Of a DNA stretch of 64,000 nucleotides, positions 37,469 through 50,850 are shown one piece after another. The DNA is taken from assembly GCA_951406725.2 (NCBI GenBank), contig OX597823.1, positions 47,740,001 through 47,804,000 of the forward strand, read 5' to 3'. This DNA is from Octopus vulgaris (lineage: Eukaryota). Under the pieces are notes generated by a model. That model was not told the DNA's origin and did no database searches. It saw only the letters and a list, made by a program, of their open reading frames with translations. Positions within the stretch are counted from its first letter, which is position 1. Each line of letters opens with the position of its first letter. Made by a program: the position numbers and the translations under genes.

Positions 37469-37689
37469 GTAAAGGAAACAATTAAATTTTAAAAAAAAAA
37501 TTTCAGAAGAAGAAGAAGAAGAAGAAGAAGAAGAAGAAGAAGAAGAAGAAGAAGAAGGAGGAGGAGGAGGAGGAGGATGCATGAGTACTATGATCGTAGT
37601 AGGATGTTAAATGGTCAAGTGCACTGAAAGTGACTTTTTGTGGATGGCAGTAGTGATTGAATTCTTGAGATATCTCTTTTGAATACATT

Positions 37690-38600
37690 GTTCATAATAT
37701 TTTTCTAAAATTTCCTCAAAAAATTTTTCACCGAAAATTTTACCCAAAGATTTTCGAAAATATTCACCGAAAATTTTCACCAACAATTTTTCGAAAATTT
37801 TCACTGAAAATTTTACCCAAAAATCTTTTGAAAATTTTGTGTAAAATTTTCACCAAAAATTTTTCGAAAATTTTATCCAAAAATTTTTCGAAAATTTTAC
37901 ACAAAATTTTTCGGGGAAAATTTTAACCAAAAATATTACGAAAATTTTCCCCGAAAATTTTTCTCGAAAAATTTCCCCAAAAATTTTTCACCGAAAATTT
38001 TTCCCAAAATTTGCGGTGAAAATTTTCGAAAAACTTTTGGGGAAAATTTTCGAAAAATTTTTGGGGAAAACTTTAGGCAAAAATTTTCTAAAAATTTTTG
38101 TTGAAAACTTTGACCTTTCGAAAATTTTGGGGAAAATTTTCAGTGAAAATTTTGGGGAAAATTTTCGGTGAAAATTTTCGAAAAATCTTTGGGAAATATT
38201 ATCGAAAAATTTTTGGGCAAAATTTTTGGTGAAAATTTTCGAAAAATTTTTGGTTAAAACTTTCGAGGAAAAGTTTGGAAAAATTTTTGGGTAAAATTTT
38301 CGAAAAATTTTTGTGTAAATTTTCGGTGAAAATTTTTCAAAAAGTTTTTGGTGAAAATTATCGAAAAATTTTTGTTAAAATTTTCACTGAAAATTTTCGA
38401 AAAATTTTTGGTGAAAACTTTCGGTGAAAAGTTTCGAAAAATTTTTTGTGATTTTGGCACCGATAGCTTTCCATACTTTGTGATTTCGGCACCGCTGACC
38501 TTCCATACTTTTCCCAATTTTTTTCCCAAGAGTTTTTCGAAAAATTTCACCGAAAATTTTCCCCCAAAATTTTTCGAAAATTTTAGCCAAAATTTCCCTC
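37690..38600. repeat. A/T-tract minisatellite of ttttcgaaaa / gaaaattttc units with internal polarity switches
   Basis: Dozens of 10-13 bp self-complementary units, c-rich on the left and g-rich after ~38010. Confidence 0.9.
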
Positions 38601-38935
38601 TTTACACGTCAAGACGTTGCCTCAGCATGGCCGCGGTCTGTTAAAGTGAAACAAGTAAAAGACGAAAAGAACATATACACGGTGAAAAGTTTCGAAAAAA
38701 TTTTGGTGATCTTGGCACCGATAGCTTTCCATACTTTGTGATTTCGGCACCGCTGACCTTCCATACTTTTCCCAATTTTTCCCAAGAGTTTTTCGAAAAA
38801 TTTCACCGAAAATTTCCCCCCAAAATTTTTCGTAAATTTTAGCCAAAATTTCCCTCTTTACACGTCAAGATGTTGCCTTACCATGGTCGCGGTCTGTTAA
38901 AGTGAAACAAGTAAAAGACGAAAAGAACATATACA
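38421..38935 (+). repeat. ~258-bp tandem duplication ending in a SINE B/CR1-like tail
   Basis: cggtgaaaagtttcgaaaa at ~38421 and ~38680. Both copies end tgaaacaagtaaaagacgaaaagaacatataca. Confidence 0.92.
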
Positions 38936-39055
38936 CACAATCTAAGTTTTTCTTAGGCATGACAATACTAATGACCAGTTGTTAGAATTCAGTATCCGCT
39001 GACTACAGAGCGTTATGTTACTTATTGAAGGACAGGGAAGAGGAACTACGTTATA

Positions 39056-39133
<78 letters not shown>

Positions 39134-39347
39134 TGTGTGTGTTTATGTATATATCAACATACACACACTCACACGTCAAGGTCACCAGCCCTCTTCCACA
39201 CGTACATACATACTCTTATACACACGCACTTTATTATTTCCCCTTCTTCCTAGCTCTCTTGTGTTACCCTTTTGTCCGGCATTCGCCATGATAGATCGCT
39301 AGCCACTACACATTCTTTACTTTCTCTCCTTGCTTCTTTCTGTGTTC

Positions 39348-39383
39348 CTTTCTGCGGAAGAGCACAGACTCGAAACGTTAAAG
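39348..39383 (+). ncRNA. Minimal hammerhead-like fold (A6C) in a Penelope-like terminal remnant (~39170-39470)
   Basis: cttt|CTGCGGA|a-gag-cacaga-ctc|GAAA|cg|TT|aaag. Confidence 0.6.
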
Positions 39384-39469
39384 ACTTTTTGACTTCCCGA
39401 GCGTTATACTAATACATCTGTTTGTTGTTTACACCACCTATCTTCGTCTTTTGTTTTTTTATGAATTCT

Positions 39470-39511
<42 letters not shown>

Positions 39512-40281
39512 GTGTGTGTATATGTATATATATATATATAGAAAAATTTATTCGTAATCATATGAAAATATGATAAGCCATTTAACTTTGAATGATTACC
39601 AAACAACGTTGCAAAATATGTCACACATATTTTCAGTCCATATATACAGATCAAGAGACATATTCGTCTATTCACATGAAAAATACGTAATATTTTCCTG
39701 TCTTCAGTATTATGAGTGTAAAACATACTCGTCACTGTGGGTAAGCATGGGCATACGTTTTAGAAGTGGGCCGCACTACTAAAAGGCATTTTTTATTAGA
39801 TGTGCGGTTCAGAAAATCCCGCAGGCTGCAGTTTACCCATGACTAGCCTAGGGAACAATGCTTTGTTGCCCTTTCTAGTATATAGTAGTATAAGTATTAA
39901 AGTGTCGGCAGAAGCTGCTCTGCATTTGATTGAAACATTTTGAAGTTGGCCGATCTGTGATTCTATAGGTAACATCTTGGTATCTAAATGTATAAGTGGA
40001 GTCACAACTGCGTAGAAGGTACAGTGTTCATTATTGCTGTTTTTAATTGAAACATAAATTGAAGCCAATGTCTTGAATTTTTTAAATTAGATAAAATCAG
40101 CTAAAGGATTGTGTATGCATTTACGCATATATGTATATATGTACGTAGGTGTGTGTGTATGTATGTATGTATGCATGTATGTATGTATGTATGTACGTAT
40201 GTAGGTGTATGTATGTATGTATGCATGCATGCATGTATGCATGTATGCATGCATGTATGTATGTATTTATGTATGTATGTC

Positions 40282-40433
40282 AGGCCTCTCTTAGTGCCAC
40301 TAGGAACTTGTAACCTGGTACAAACTGTTGCATGGTCGAACCGTCGGCGACTAAACCGACAGCCCTACCAATCCCTACAAACGGATCAAGTCGATTACAT
40401 CGACCCCAGTGCGTAACTGGTGCTTATTTAATC
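40282..40433 (-). mobile_element. SINE A 3' part, (CATA)n-tail variant
   Basis: Reverse complement of ~40750-40905. Confidence 0.85.
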
Positions 40434-40627
40434 GAAAATTTTCACTGAAAATTTTACCAATAATTTTTCCGGAAATTTTTCCACGTAACTAAACACATTT
40501 AAATTTCGTATACTGGTAGAGGGTGTTTATAAAACATCTTTTTCTCCTGGCATTATTGAGAATATTCTGTCGTAACAAGGAATACATTTTTTTAATATAT
40601 AAAATTGCTAAGGTATCAAAATGTCCC

Positions 40628-40905
40628 AAGGCGGCGAGCTAGCAGAATCGTTAGCACGCCAGGTGAAATGACTAGCAGTATTTCGTCTTTCGCTACGTTC
40701 TAAGTTCAAATTCCGCCGAGGTCGACTTTGCCTTTCATCCTTTCGAGGTCGATTAAATAAGCACCAGTTACGCACTGGGGTCGATGTAATCGACTTGATC
40801 CGTTTGCAGGGATTGGTGGGGCTATCGGTTTAGTCGCCGACGGTTCGACCATGCAACAGTTTGTACTGGATTACAAGTTCCTAGTGGCACTAAGATAGGC
40901 CTGAC
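40628..40905 (+). mobile_element. SINE family A, young CpG-rich full copy
   Basis: ggcggcgagctagcagaatcgttagc...aagttcaaattccgcc...gcctttcatcctttcgaggtcg...cctgacatacatac. Confidence 0.9.
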
Positions 40906-40974
40906 ATACATACATAAATACATACATACATACATACATACAATAAATACATGCATACATGCATACATACTTTT

Positions 40975-41440
40975 GAATAATATTTTTGGTCAAATTATTG
41001 AGGTGGAATAAACATTATTGTGTTGAAGAACCAAACCAAGACAGTCAGGTTGGTGATGCTCAATGATATTATGGGAGCAGCCTCAGTAGATTGACATGAG
41101 TTCTTGTGAATGAGCTTCTTCAATTGATTTTCATTGAACTGAACAGGTTGGCCATAATGTGGAGGGTCTGTGAGGTTCAATTTCCCCCTCATTGAAGTGT
41201 GGAAATCATACTTGCATCCTTCTTTCAGTTAACAGTAACTTCTCCATACACAAGAGAATGACTTTGACAGCTTTTGAACCTTGGATGAAAGCAAAGAGAA
41301 GCAGGAGTTGAAAATACTTTTTGTATCCTACTTGGCATTCCATCATCATCATACATCTGAAAAGCAGTGTAATTTGTTCAAATTTCAAAAATGAGATGAA
41401 GTTGTGGAAGAAAAGAGCTACAAAAAATGTCATAAGACAT
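40975..41440 (-). mobile_element. Degraded mariner N-terminal remnant
   Basis: NLTDPPHYGQPVQFNENQLKKLIHKNSCQST resembles L.D.PRSGRP..F....LK.L...NP.QT. Confidence 0.7.
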
Positions 41441-41533
41441 TATGAAAAAAATATTTTTTGTGTTAATTTAAATAACACCAGAGATGAATAAATGAATTTA
41501 TCTGACAACTCTCTCTCTCTCTCTGTTTCTGTC

Positions 41534-41611
<78 letters not shown>

Positions 41612-41634
41612 GATATTAGATATATGTATGTATT

Positions 41635-41668
<34 letters not shown>

Positions 41669-42009
41669 TGTATGTATGTATGTATGTATGTATTAATGTG
41701 TGTGTATGTGGTGTAATGTATTTATGTATGTGTGTTGTATATATACATACACACACACACATATATCATCATCATCACCATCATTTCATGTCCACCTTTC
41801 ATGGTGGCATAGGCTGGACAGTTTTTCAGGATCTGGCCAAGCAGAGGATTGCACCAGACTTCTGTGTCTGTTTAGGCATGTTTTTCTATGGCTAGATGCC
41901 CTTCCTAATACCAGCCACCCTGCAAAGTGGACTGAGTGCTTTTTATGTAGCACCAGCATATGTGAGGTCAGTTTTGGCATGGTTTTTACAGGTGGATGTC
42001 CTTTACATA

Positions 42010-42043
<34 letters not shown>

Positions 42044-42650
42044 TGCACACACATACTCACACATGTATGTATGTATATATACATATCCATATATGTACAT
42101 ATATACATAGCCAACATAGCATATAGAAATGTTCACCCTTTACACATCTATATAATGCCCTCTATATAATATAAATTATTATATTTAAGTGGAAAAATTG
42201 GTGGATTTTTCTCTTATGAGGTTTGTTACGCTAACTACTTGATAAATTCTTATAAAGATTTAATCCTATTTTTAAATTGTAAATTTAACCAGAGTATATT
42301 CAGTACTGAATTTTTATTCCAAATAAGGCAATTCGAAAAAGCCTGCCATTTACATAAATGTGTAAAGGGTGAACATTTCTATATGCTACGTTGGATACAT
42401 TGGTTGTTTGTCTGGTATGTTGATTTTGTTCATTCGTTATAAATCTTGAATTATGCTTGCACTGAGGATTAAAATGTGCTTTACTGCACTAATTATGAAA
42501 TCACGGTGATATGCAGCTAGATTCTGTTTTTAAATGACTTGCTTCGAGAGTTGCATTCAGTACAATGTGTTTATTTATTCTGATAGTTTTGACTTTAAGA
42601 GTCCCTCCTAGCATGTGAAATTTATGTACAGCAATGCCCTCTATATAATG

Positions 42651-42692
<42 letters not shown>

Positions 42693-42708
42693 TAGATATA
42701 TAGATATA

Positions 42709-42748
<40 letters not shown>

Positions 42749-42772
42749 TATAAATATAGATATATAGATATA

Positions 42773-42814
<42 letters not shown>

Positions 42815-42833
42815 TAGATATACACACACACAT

Positions 42834-42878
<45 letters not shown>

Positions 42879-43127
42879 TACATATATATCAAATTTAGAA
42901 TTATGTGCCATGTGTAGTAAAGTTTCTTTTGAATGACAGCAAAGTTTTTAGAAGACATTTTTTTTTTTATTTGGTTCTAATATATATTCATTAGTTTCAT
43001 TTTAGCAATTTCTATCAAAAGTGTATATAGGTTTAGGCATACACCTGCTTACAAACACACACACACACACACACACCACACTCAGACATACTCAGAGATG
43101 AACCAACTCGCACACTATGAACGTGTG

Positions 43128-43178
<51 letters not shown>

Positions 43179-43654
43179 ATTGGTCTTGCATTTGCTTCTG
43201 CCTGTTTGAAGTTTGTGTGTATACTTTAGACTTGTTAAGTGTGAAATATGTCATGTATAAGACAGCATTTATTCAAGTATTGTCATCTGTCAGCCATCAG
43301 TAGAGATAGCCACAGAAGCTTCACTATAAATACTTTGTGTAAGTTTTCATTCGGTAAAAAATTAGCCTGGTAGAATCCAGCTTATTTCAAGCCATTGTAA
43401 TATATGCCACATAGAGAATTGCAGCATATTACTGTTGCCTGTTAGTTTTTTTGGGGTTTTTTTTTTTGGCATCACCTCTCCTTGAAGGGAATGAATTTGT
43501 TGTTTTGGTCAAGCAATATGGGATAGACCAAAATCAAATGATACGGGAATTCCAGCACCCATGACAGACGAATTTTGTCTGCTATGATCTATGTGTGTGC
43601 TTATATATACCAAGTACTTATATGAGAGGATCTTTCAAGGCTAAAAACACAGTA

Positions 43655-44514
43655 TGAGGTCTGATCAATAAGTCCTTGGACTGCTGCTCTAAAAACAAAA
43701 CTGCAACATGTACCAATTTGGCATTTAATCTCCTTCAAAGTAGTCCCCTTTCAAAGCCACACATTTAATTCAGCACTACTTCCAATGATGGAAGTATTCC
43801 TAGAATACGTTTTCTGGGATAATCAGCAGCTGCCACATCAAATTCACTTTGATTTCTTTGGTGTCTTGAAATCTTCTTCCTTTCAAGCGGGATTTGATTT
43901 TTGGAAAGAAGAAAAAGTTGCAAGGGACAAGATCTAGGGAATACGGTGGCTGTTGGATCTGGGGATTACTGTGCTTAGCCAGAAACTGCTGCACTGATTG
44001 GGCAGGTGCATTGTCAGCTGGAATTAGTTTTGGCATAAACTTGGCAGACATGCATCTCATGCCCAAATCTTCAGTGATAATGGACTGAATGGAACCGTAA
44101 CTAATCTGCACATTCTCTGATAACTCAGTGATGGTGATTCAACGATTTCCCTTCACAGCTGCATGCACATCTGCGATGTTTTTCTCAGCTCTATCAGTTG
44201 CGGGTCTCCCAGAACATTCATCATTATTAACATTTTTTCAGCTAATACACTTTCTGCAACTTTGCATAGGCCTCTGAGCAGGTATTCTGAACCTTTTGGC
44301 AAAATTTAATGCAGATTCATGGTCAATGCCACGATTTCATGCTACACATGTTCCTTCCAAGCACAGCTGTAAACAGTGGAAGTGAGCTAGAATGTTAAAA
44401 CTTTGTGCACATGCACAGCAGAGTTCAATGTCAATCTGTGCCAAGCAGCTTCACTCAGCATGCTTTAGTTTCATTATTCTAGCAACAGTCCAAATACTTA
44501 TTGATCAGACCACG
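43655..44514 (-). mobile_element. Internally deleted mariner with both TIRs
   Basis: TIRs tgaggtctgatcaataagtccttggactgctgct and its reverse complement, TA flanks. AKFMPKL is joined to DNAPA...PPYSLDLVPCNFFFFPKIK, so the first catalytic D region is lost. Confidence 0.92.
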
Positions 44515-44637
44515 TATATGGTGATCTAACAAGACATCCATATTAAGTTGGATATAATGATTACATTTTTGTATTAATACTGCTTCCATCACTAATAATT
44601 AAAATATATGTAAGTGTGTACAAAAAAATGGGGAAAA

Positions 44638-44918
44638 ACTCCTTTGGTCATGAATGACCATGGGATTGAACCTAGAAAGTTACCTGCCAAGGCACAAGTT
44701 CAGTCAAGGTGGTTTATGGAAGACCAGCAGTCACCCATGCATATCAGCCTCCTCTCTCCATGCCACCGATATTATCCAAGGGAAAGGCAAAGGCTGATAC
44801 TGCAACTCATTTCTACAGCTGAGTGAACTAGATCAACATGAAATAACAATGCAGAGTCCAATCCAGGAATGAAACTCACTAATTCCTGATTGTGAGCCCG
44901 ATGCTCTAACCACTGAAC
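44638..44918 (-). mobile_element. SINE family E
   Basis: Homologous to 4150-4470. Confidence 0.8.
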
Positions 44919-45949
44919 CACAGATACACACACTCACACACACATATATACATGGTAAAAGAAATATGGTATAGGGAGATGACAAGGGAATTTACAGATA
45001 AACAAAACAAAGAAAAAAGACACACATAAATGCTTCAGAGGAGCTCAATCCCTCATCAGTTGTCAGTCAAATATCATACTAATTTTGACACCGTTTGACA
45101 ATATTGTTTAATTTGTTGGTGTCAGTAATACAAGTTGCTGGGGTACAAGTGAACAGACGTAATAGATGAACAAAGACAGAACAAAATTGTGAGAAGTACA
45201 ATAACAAGAAAAATGAGATTTGTAAACTGAACTTAGTTATGTGTGCTAATGTAAGACTTCCAAACCACTTCTGTTCATGACTGCCACATAAAGATGAGTG
45301 TTGAGTAGAACAGGGTAAAATATATAAGGGAAAATAAATAGGCATGGACAGTTAGCGAGGAAGTACAGAATGACACAGAGATATATGTATATATAAAATG
45401 TCTCTCCATTTAGTGACAAAAATACATTTGGTATGTGCGAAGTAATGCTAGTAGGACATTTCACTTGAGAAAAAAAATTACAAATTTGCAAAACATCAGA
45501 CAAACCTGGAGCTGCAACTAAATTTCAAAAGTTAGATAACTAGAAGCTAGAAATGGAAACTGACTGATTAGTAGAATGGTCAGTTCAAAAAATTATGAGT
45601 AGCTTTAGAAAGAGGGAGAAAGCTTTGGGGTAGGGGGATAGAGAAGGAAAGGCTGCTGGTAAGCTGAGAGAAAGAGTGAAAGAAAAGAAGGGCTGTTACC
45701 TAGATAAAACAGAGTAGGACTGGATGAAATGAAGAGAGGAATAGATAGAAAGACAGAGATAAACAGATAAATAGAAAGGCAAGGTAATAAAAGGATGTAA
45801 TGATAGAAAGATAAATGGATATAAACATTGAAAGGCAGGTACATAAATAGTGAAAAAGATAGAGATAGCAGCTGAAAACAGTAGAGAGGTAAAACAATAG
45901 AATGGTAAGTATAAATGAATAAGAAAGAACTGGTAGGCAGATAGATAAA

Positions 45950-45960
45950 AAGAGATAGAC

Positions 45961-45999
<39 letters not shown>

Positions 46000-46047
46000 C
46001 AGATAGACAGATAGATAGATAGATAGATAGATAGACAGACAGATAGT

Positions 46048-46112
<65 letters not shown>
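45950..46112. repeat. (GATA)n microsatellite
   Basis: Direct inspection. Confidence 0.95.
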
Positions 46113-46113
<1 letters not shown>

Positions 46114-46189
46114 CAACGATGGAAGGATGAGAAGAAAGGTATAACAATAGAAAGCTAAATAGATTGAGAGATGGAAAGAAAAGTATGTA

Positions 46190-46746
46190 TTGGGTTGTCC
46201 AGAAAGTTTGTGCTGATTTATAGTAGCTTACCTTTCAACTTATTTTAGAACATGGTTGAGTCCATAAAATAGGATTTGACTACACCTCCGTTTAAAGCAC
46301 AGTTTAAGCTATCTTTTAGTGGAAGAAGATTTATGTTCCTATAACCTGTGTTAATTCTGTAACCCTTTAAAATGGAAGTTCATTTTCGGCACTTGATGCT
46401 TTGGGAACCAGACAAAAATTGCTGCAGCTCGGCTGGGATGTGTTACCCCACCTTCCATATTCACCAGATATTGCTCCTTCGGATTTCCATTTATTGAGGT
46501 CCTTGCAGAATAGTCTTAATGGTAAAAATTTCAATTCCTTGGATGACATAAAAAGATATCTTGATGAATTATTTGCCATGAAACCACCTCAATTCTGGGA
46601 AGAGGGTATTTTCAAGTTAAAGGAAAGATGAAGACACATTGTGCAACAAAATGGTTCATATTTGGTTGATTGAAAATGTAATGGCAAGTATTTATTGACC
46701 TTTTTCTTTCCTTTAAAAATCAGCATGAACTTTCTGGACAACCCAA
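46190..46746 (+). mobile_element. Short non-autonomous mariner with both TIRs
   Basis: ttgggttgtccagaaagtttgtgctgattt / aaatcagcatgaactttctggacaacccaa with TA flanks. LGWDVLPHLPYSPDIAPSDFHLLRSLQN. Confidence 0.93.
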
Positions 46747-47507
46747 TAAATAGAGAAAAAAAGATTAGTAAAAGTGGTAGACAGAGAAGGTGATAGACAG
46801 GTAATTATAAAGGTAGAAGAAAAGATTGATATGCAGAGAGAGAGAGAGAGAGATAAAGAGAGAGGGTGAGAGAGAAAGGCACAATAGAGATAAATAGACA
46901 TGTTATCACATATCACATATATTGGGAAGATGATATGTCTTTTGGCCTTGAGAAAAACAAGTTTTAGACAAACCTGGAAGTGTGTGTATGTATGTATATA
47001 TGTATGTATACGTATATGTATATAAATGTAACCATATAGTGTTAGGTTTAGAACTACTTCAGCAGCATGTTGGGAAAGTTTCTTCAACAATAGCCTCATG
47101 GCAACCTATACTTTGTGAGTGAAACTCCAGAAAGCCTGCAATATATTTTTATCTCTATACACATACAAATTGTTCATTTCTAATCTGGCAATTAGAATCA
47201 GAACGGTTCTATCATTGATCCAGCAATCACCAATCTGGTTCCATCACTATTCTCAAGTGATTTTCAGCTGACCTAATTTTAATCTCAAATTTTCTTATTG
47301 CCACATAACCTGCTTCTAATGGTTGGTGGTGCTAACTGTTACCTATACATACCATCAGCATTGGTAACAAACACAAGTAAGATATTCCAATTTGTATTTT
47401 TATATTTGCTATTATTACAAGTTAGAAACTTGTTTATTTTTAACCCGTCATGTTTCCAATGAATAAAGAACATGATTTATGCTGTGTTAAGTCAAACAGC
47501 CTGAAGG

Positions 47508-47882
47508 CTCAATGGCCCAGTGGTTAGGGCAGTGGACTTGCGGTCGTGGGATCATGGTTTTGATTCCCAGACTGGACGTTGCGAATGTTTATTGAGCAAA
47601 AACACCTAAAGCTCCATGAGGCTCTGGCAGGGGGTGGTGGTGAACCCTGCTTTACTCTTTCACCACAACTTTCTCTCACTCTCTCTTCCTGTTTCTGTTG
47701 TACCTGTATTTCAAAGGGCCTGCCTTGTCACACACTGTGTCACACTGAATCTCCCTGAGAAACACATTAAGTGTACACGTGTCTGTGGAGTGCTCAGCCA
47801 CTTGCATATTAATTTCATGAGCAGGCTGTGCTGTTGACCAGATCAACTGGAACCCTTGTTGTTGTAATCGACGGAGTGCCAT
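47508..47882 (+). mobile_element. SINE family D, tail type 2
   Basis: aatggcccagtggttagggcagtggac...gattcccagac head; tail ends aatcgacggagtgcca. Confidence 0.88.
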
Positions 47883-47904
47883 GAAGTCAAATAGCAGACA
47901 TTGT

Positions 47905-48800
47905 CCATGAAAGATTTGGTTGAAGTTTTGAAAAAAATTGACAGCAGCATGTTTGTAAAATATTTGTATGAGTTATACTGCATAAGCTCTTCAACACTTT
48001 ATGATATTAACAAATTTTTTAAAATGAGGTTTTTTTTTTGGCTAATTCCAAGAAACTGTTGTATAAAAAGTACACAGTGAAAGATGGAAAAAGTTTAAAA
48101 TTTGATCAAGTTCTGAAGGAGTGATTTGGGAATGCATATTATGGAAGGTGTAGTATTGTCTGGAGATCACCTGCAGGAACAATCCAAACCTTTCCTAAAG
48201 AATTAGGTCCTAGATTATGGGTGTGATTATTGTAAGGACTAGCAGTAGTGATTCAAGGATCAGAATAGTCTAATGTGCAGTGTGAAGGAAAAATGTCTAG
48301 CAGGCAAAAGACAGCTGCTAGATTTGTTGATGAGTTCAGCAAGTTAGTTTCAGGTGAAAATTTAAGCCCTGACCAGGTCTATAATTCAGTTGAAATATAC
48401 ACAAAAACACTGACAACTGAGGAGGCAAAATTACCAACAGGCTCTAGGAAATCAAAATATTGTGTCACTGTACTGTGCTGCTCTGATACCACAGGAACAT
48501 ACAGATGTAAGTTACTGGGTATTGGTAAAAGTTTATATATCAGGATTTTTAAAGGTATGTCACAGTGACAAAAGAGGTTGGATAACAACTGACATTATAC
48601 TGAATTGGTTCAAATATTATTTTGTTCACTAAACAAGAGCTCACTGTGACTCTGTTAAAGTGAGCCACAACTGTAAGTTAATGTTTTTTTAAACAACTGT
48701 TCTGCACATTCTAAAACAGAACTCCTGGTAAAAACCAACATTTGGTCTTTCCTCCTATCTTAACCTCACATCATTAATCCCATACCAGGACATTGGCATA
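47905..48800 (+). mobile_element. Tigger/Jerky-like pogo transposase remnant
   Basis: ENLSPDQVYNSVE...KSKYCVTVLCCSDTTGTYRCKLLGIGKS, plus a downstream NNCSAH (DN.SAH-like) motif. Confidence 0.85.
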
Positions 48801-49071
48801 TGATATTCCTTTGAGGTATCTACCCACTACGGTCACCTCTAGCAGACTAGAACATGATTTTCTTGAGGAATTTAATGTTTACTGTGTTGTCAATGCTAGA
48901 AAATCAACAGAAACATCCATATGGAAAAATAGATGGCACAAAATGTGACCAGGGTTGCAGTGTGCATCTGCACCTGATGAAGACACCAGAAATGAGTATA
49001 CAGAATTTAGGGCCTCAAGGACAACCAAATATATGCAATCTTGTTTTTTCATGTTCATTATGTAGCTAATC

Positions 49072-49265
49072 CTACATACATACATACATACATATACATA
49101 CATACATACATACATACATACATACATACATACATACATACATACATACATACATACATACATACATACATACATACATACATACATACATACACACACA
49201 TACATACATACATACATACATACATACATACATACATACATACATACATACATACATACATACAG
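49072..49265. repeat. (CATA)n microsatellite
   Basis: Direct inspection. Confidence 0.97.
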
Positions 49266-49534
49266 ACATACAAACAAAAATACCCTGTTGTTGATGATTC
49301 CAGTGAAGGAGACTTGTATATCGGATAGAAACTGGCTCTTTTGCTATTGGCTAGAAATCTTGAAATAAAACTGAATGGTGACAATCATACAAACATACAT
49401 ACATACATCCTGTAGATGTTATTGAAATTCCAATGATGGAGCCTAAGATCTAGCTTAGAAGCCAACACTTTCTTTATTGGCAAGAAATCACGCACACACA
49501 CACATACACACACACATACACACACACACATACA

Positions 49535-49700
49535 CGCAACAGGCTTCTTTCAGTTTCCATCTACCAAATCCACTCATAAAGCCTTGGTCAGTCTGAGGCA
49601 AAAGTAGAAGACACTTACCCAAGGTGCCACACAGTAGGACTGAACCTGGAACCATGTGGTTGGTAAGCAAGCTACTTATCACACAGTCACTCCTGCACCT
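49535..49700 (-). mobile_element. SINE family B 5' half
   Basis: cttctttcagtttccatctaccaaatccactc...gaacctggaaccatgtggttggtaagcaagctactt. Confidence 0.85.
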
Positions 49701-49709
49701 ATATATATA

Positions 49710-49994
49710 TATCACGTGATCACATGACCGACCAGTCCATCGCTGGTCACAATGCATTCGCATTGTTTTAGCCTTCGAATGACGCCACCCCGTTGGCTAA
49801 GCGAGCAGGCTAACAGAAGAAAGAGTAGGAGAAAGAGTGGTGAAAGAGTACAGCAGGGATCACCACCTCCTGCCGGAGCCTCGTGGAGCTTTTAGGTGTT
49901 TTCGCTCAATAAACACTCACAACGCCCAGTCTGGGAATCGAAACCACGATCCTACAACCGCGAGTCCGCTGCCCTAACCACTGGGCCATTGCCT
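49710..49994 (-). mobile_element. SINE family D, tail type 1
   Basis: Minus strand A box tggcccagtgg and B box ggtttcgattcc. Tail matches 4740-4870. Confidence 0.9.
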
Positions 49995-50007
49995 AATGAT
50001 AACTAAG

Positions 50008-50109
<102 letters not shown>

Positions 50110-50356
50110 TGCTTAAACATATACATCATATGTACACACATTCAATCTACTACTAATACTACCACGACACTACACACACACACTACTTTCAACACATTGG
50201 CACGGGTAACATTACGCCCCCATTCCCCTCCCTCCCTTCCTCCTTCCTCCCTTTTTCACTACTGACCTTTGTCTGAATTCTTATGCTGCATTATATAAAA
50301 GCTGACCACCGTCTCGCCGCATACTGAACTCACACGCCTACAGCACAGACGCACAC

Positions 50357-50850
50357 ATTTCTAATACTTAAAGAAAATCTCTCTCATATATAGTGTTTGC
50401 TTAATTCAACTCACAAAAGTTTGGGGGTAAGGACATTAAAAAATCAAATGCTAAGGTTATTTGAGAACGTACGTTTCAAGATTAGTCAAAACAACATTTC
50501 TATCTTCAGCTCAGAAACTCCTTGGTTTGGATTTGGAAACACTGAAAGTAAGAACATACCCTTTCGCAGATCCGCTCGTAACTAACAGTGCCACTGTTAG
50601 TTACGAGCGGATCTGCGAAAGGGTATGTTCTTACTTTCAGTGTTTCCAAATCTGCGAAAGGGTATGTTCTTACTTTCAGTGTTTCCAAATCCAAACCAAG
50701 GAGTTTCTGAGCTGAAGATAGAAATGTTGTTTTGACTAATCTTGAAACGTACGTTCTCAAATAACCTTAGCATTTGATTTTTTAATGTCCTTCCCCAAAC
50801 TTTGTGAGTTGAATTAAAAACACTATATATATTTTTTTAAGTATAGAAAT
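50357..50850. repeat. Long foldback palindrome centred on 50591
   Basis: ...gtaactaacagtg-c-cactgttagttac... Arms are ~230 bp; the right arm carries a 39-bp tandem duplication (50611-50688). Confidence 0.97.

Noticed and set aside
38254-38846. K/F/E/N-rich ORFs
   Set aside because: They are translations of the A-tract satellite.
49940-49994. tRNA-like sequences at SINE A, B, D and E heads
   Set aside because: They have A and B boxes but no complete cloverleaf, and each is fused to a SINE body, so they are not tRNA genes.
50461-50760. Paired ORFs with identical N-termini on both strands
   Set aside because: They are a by-product of the palindrome.
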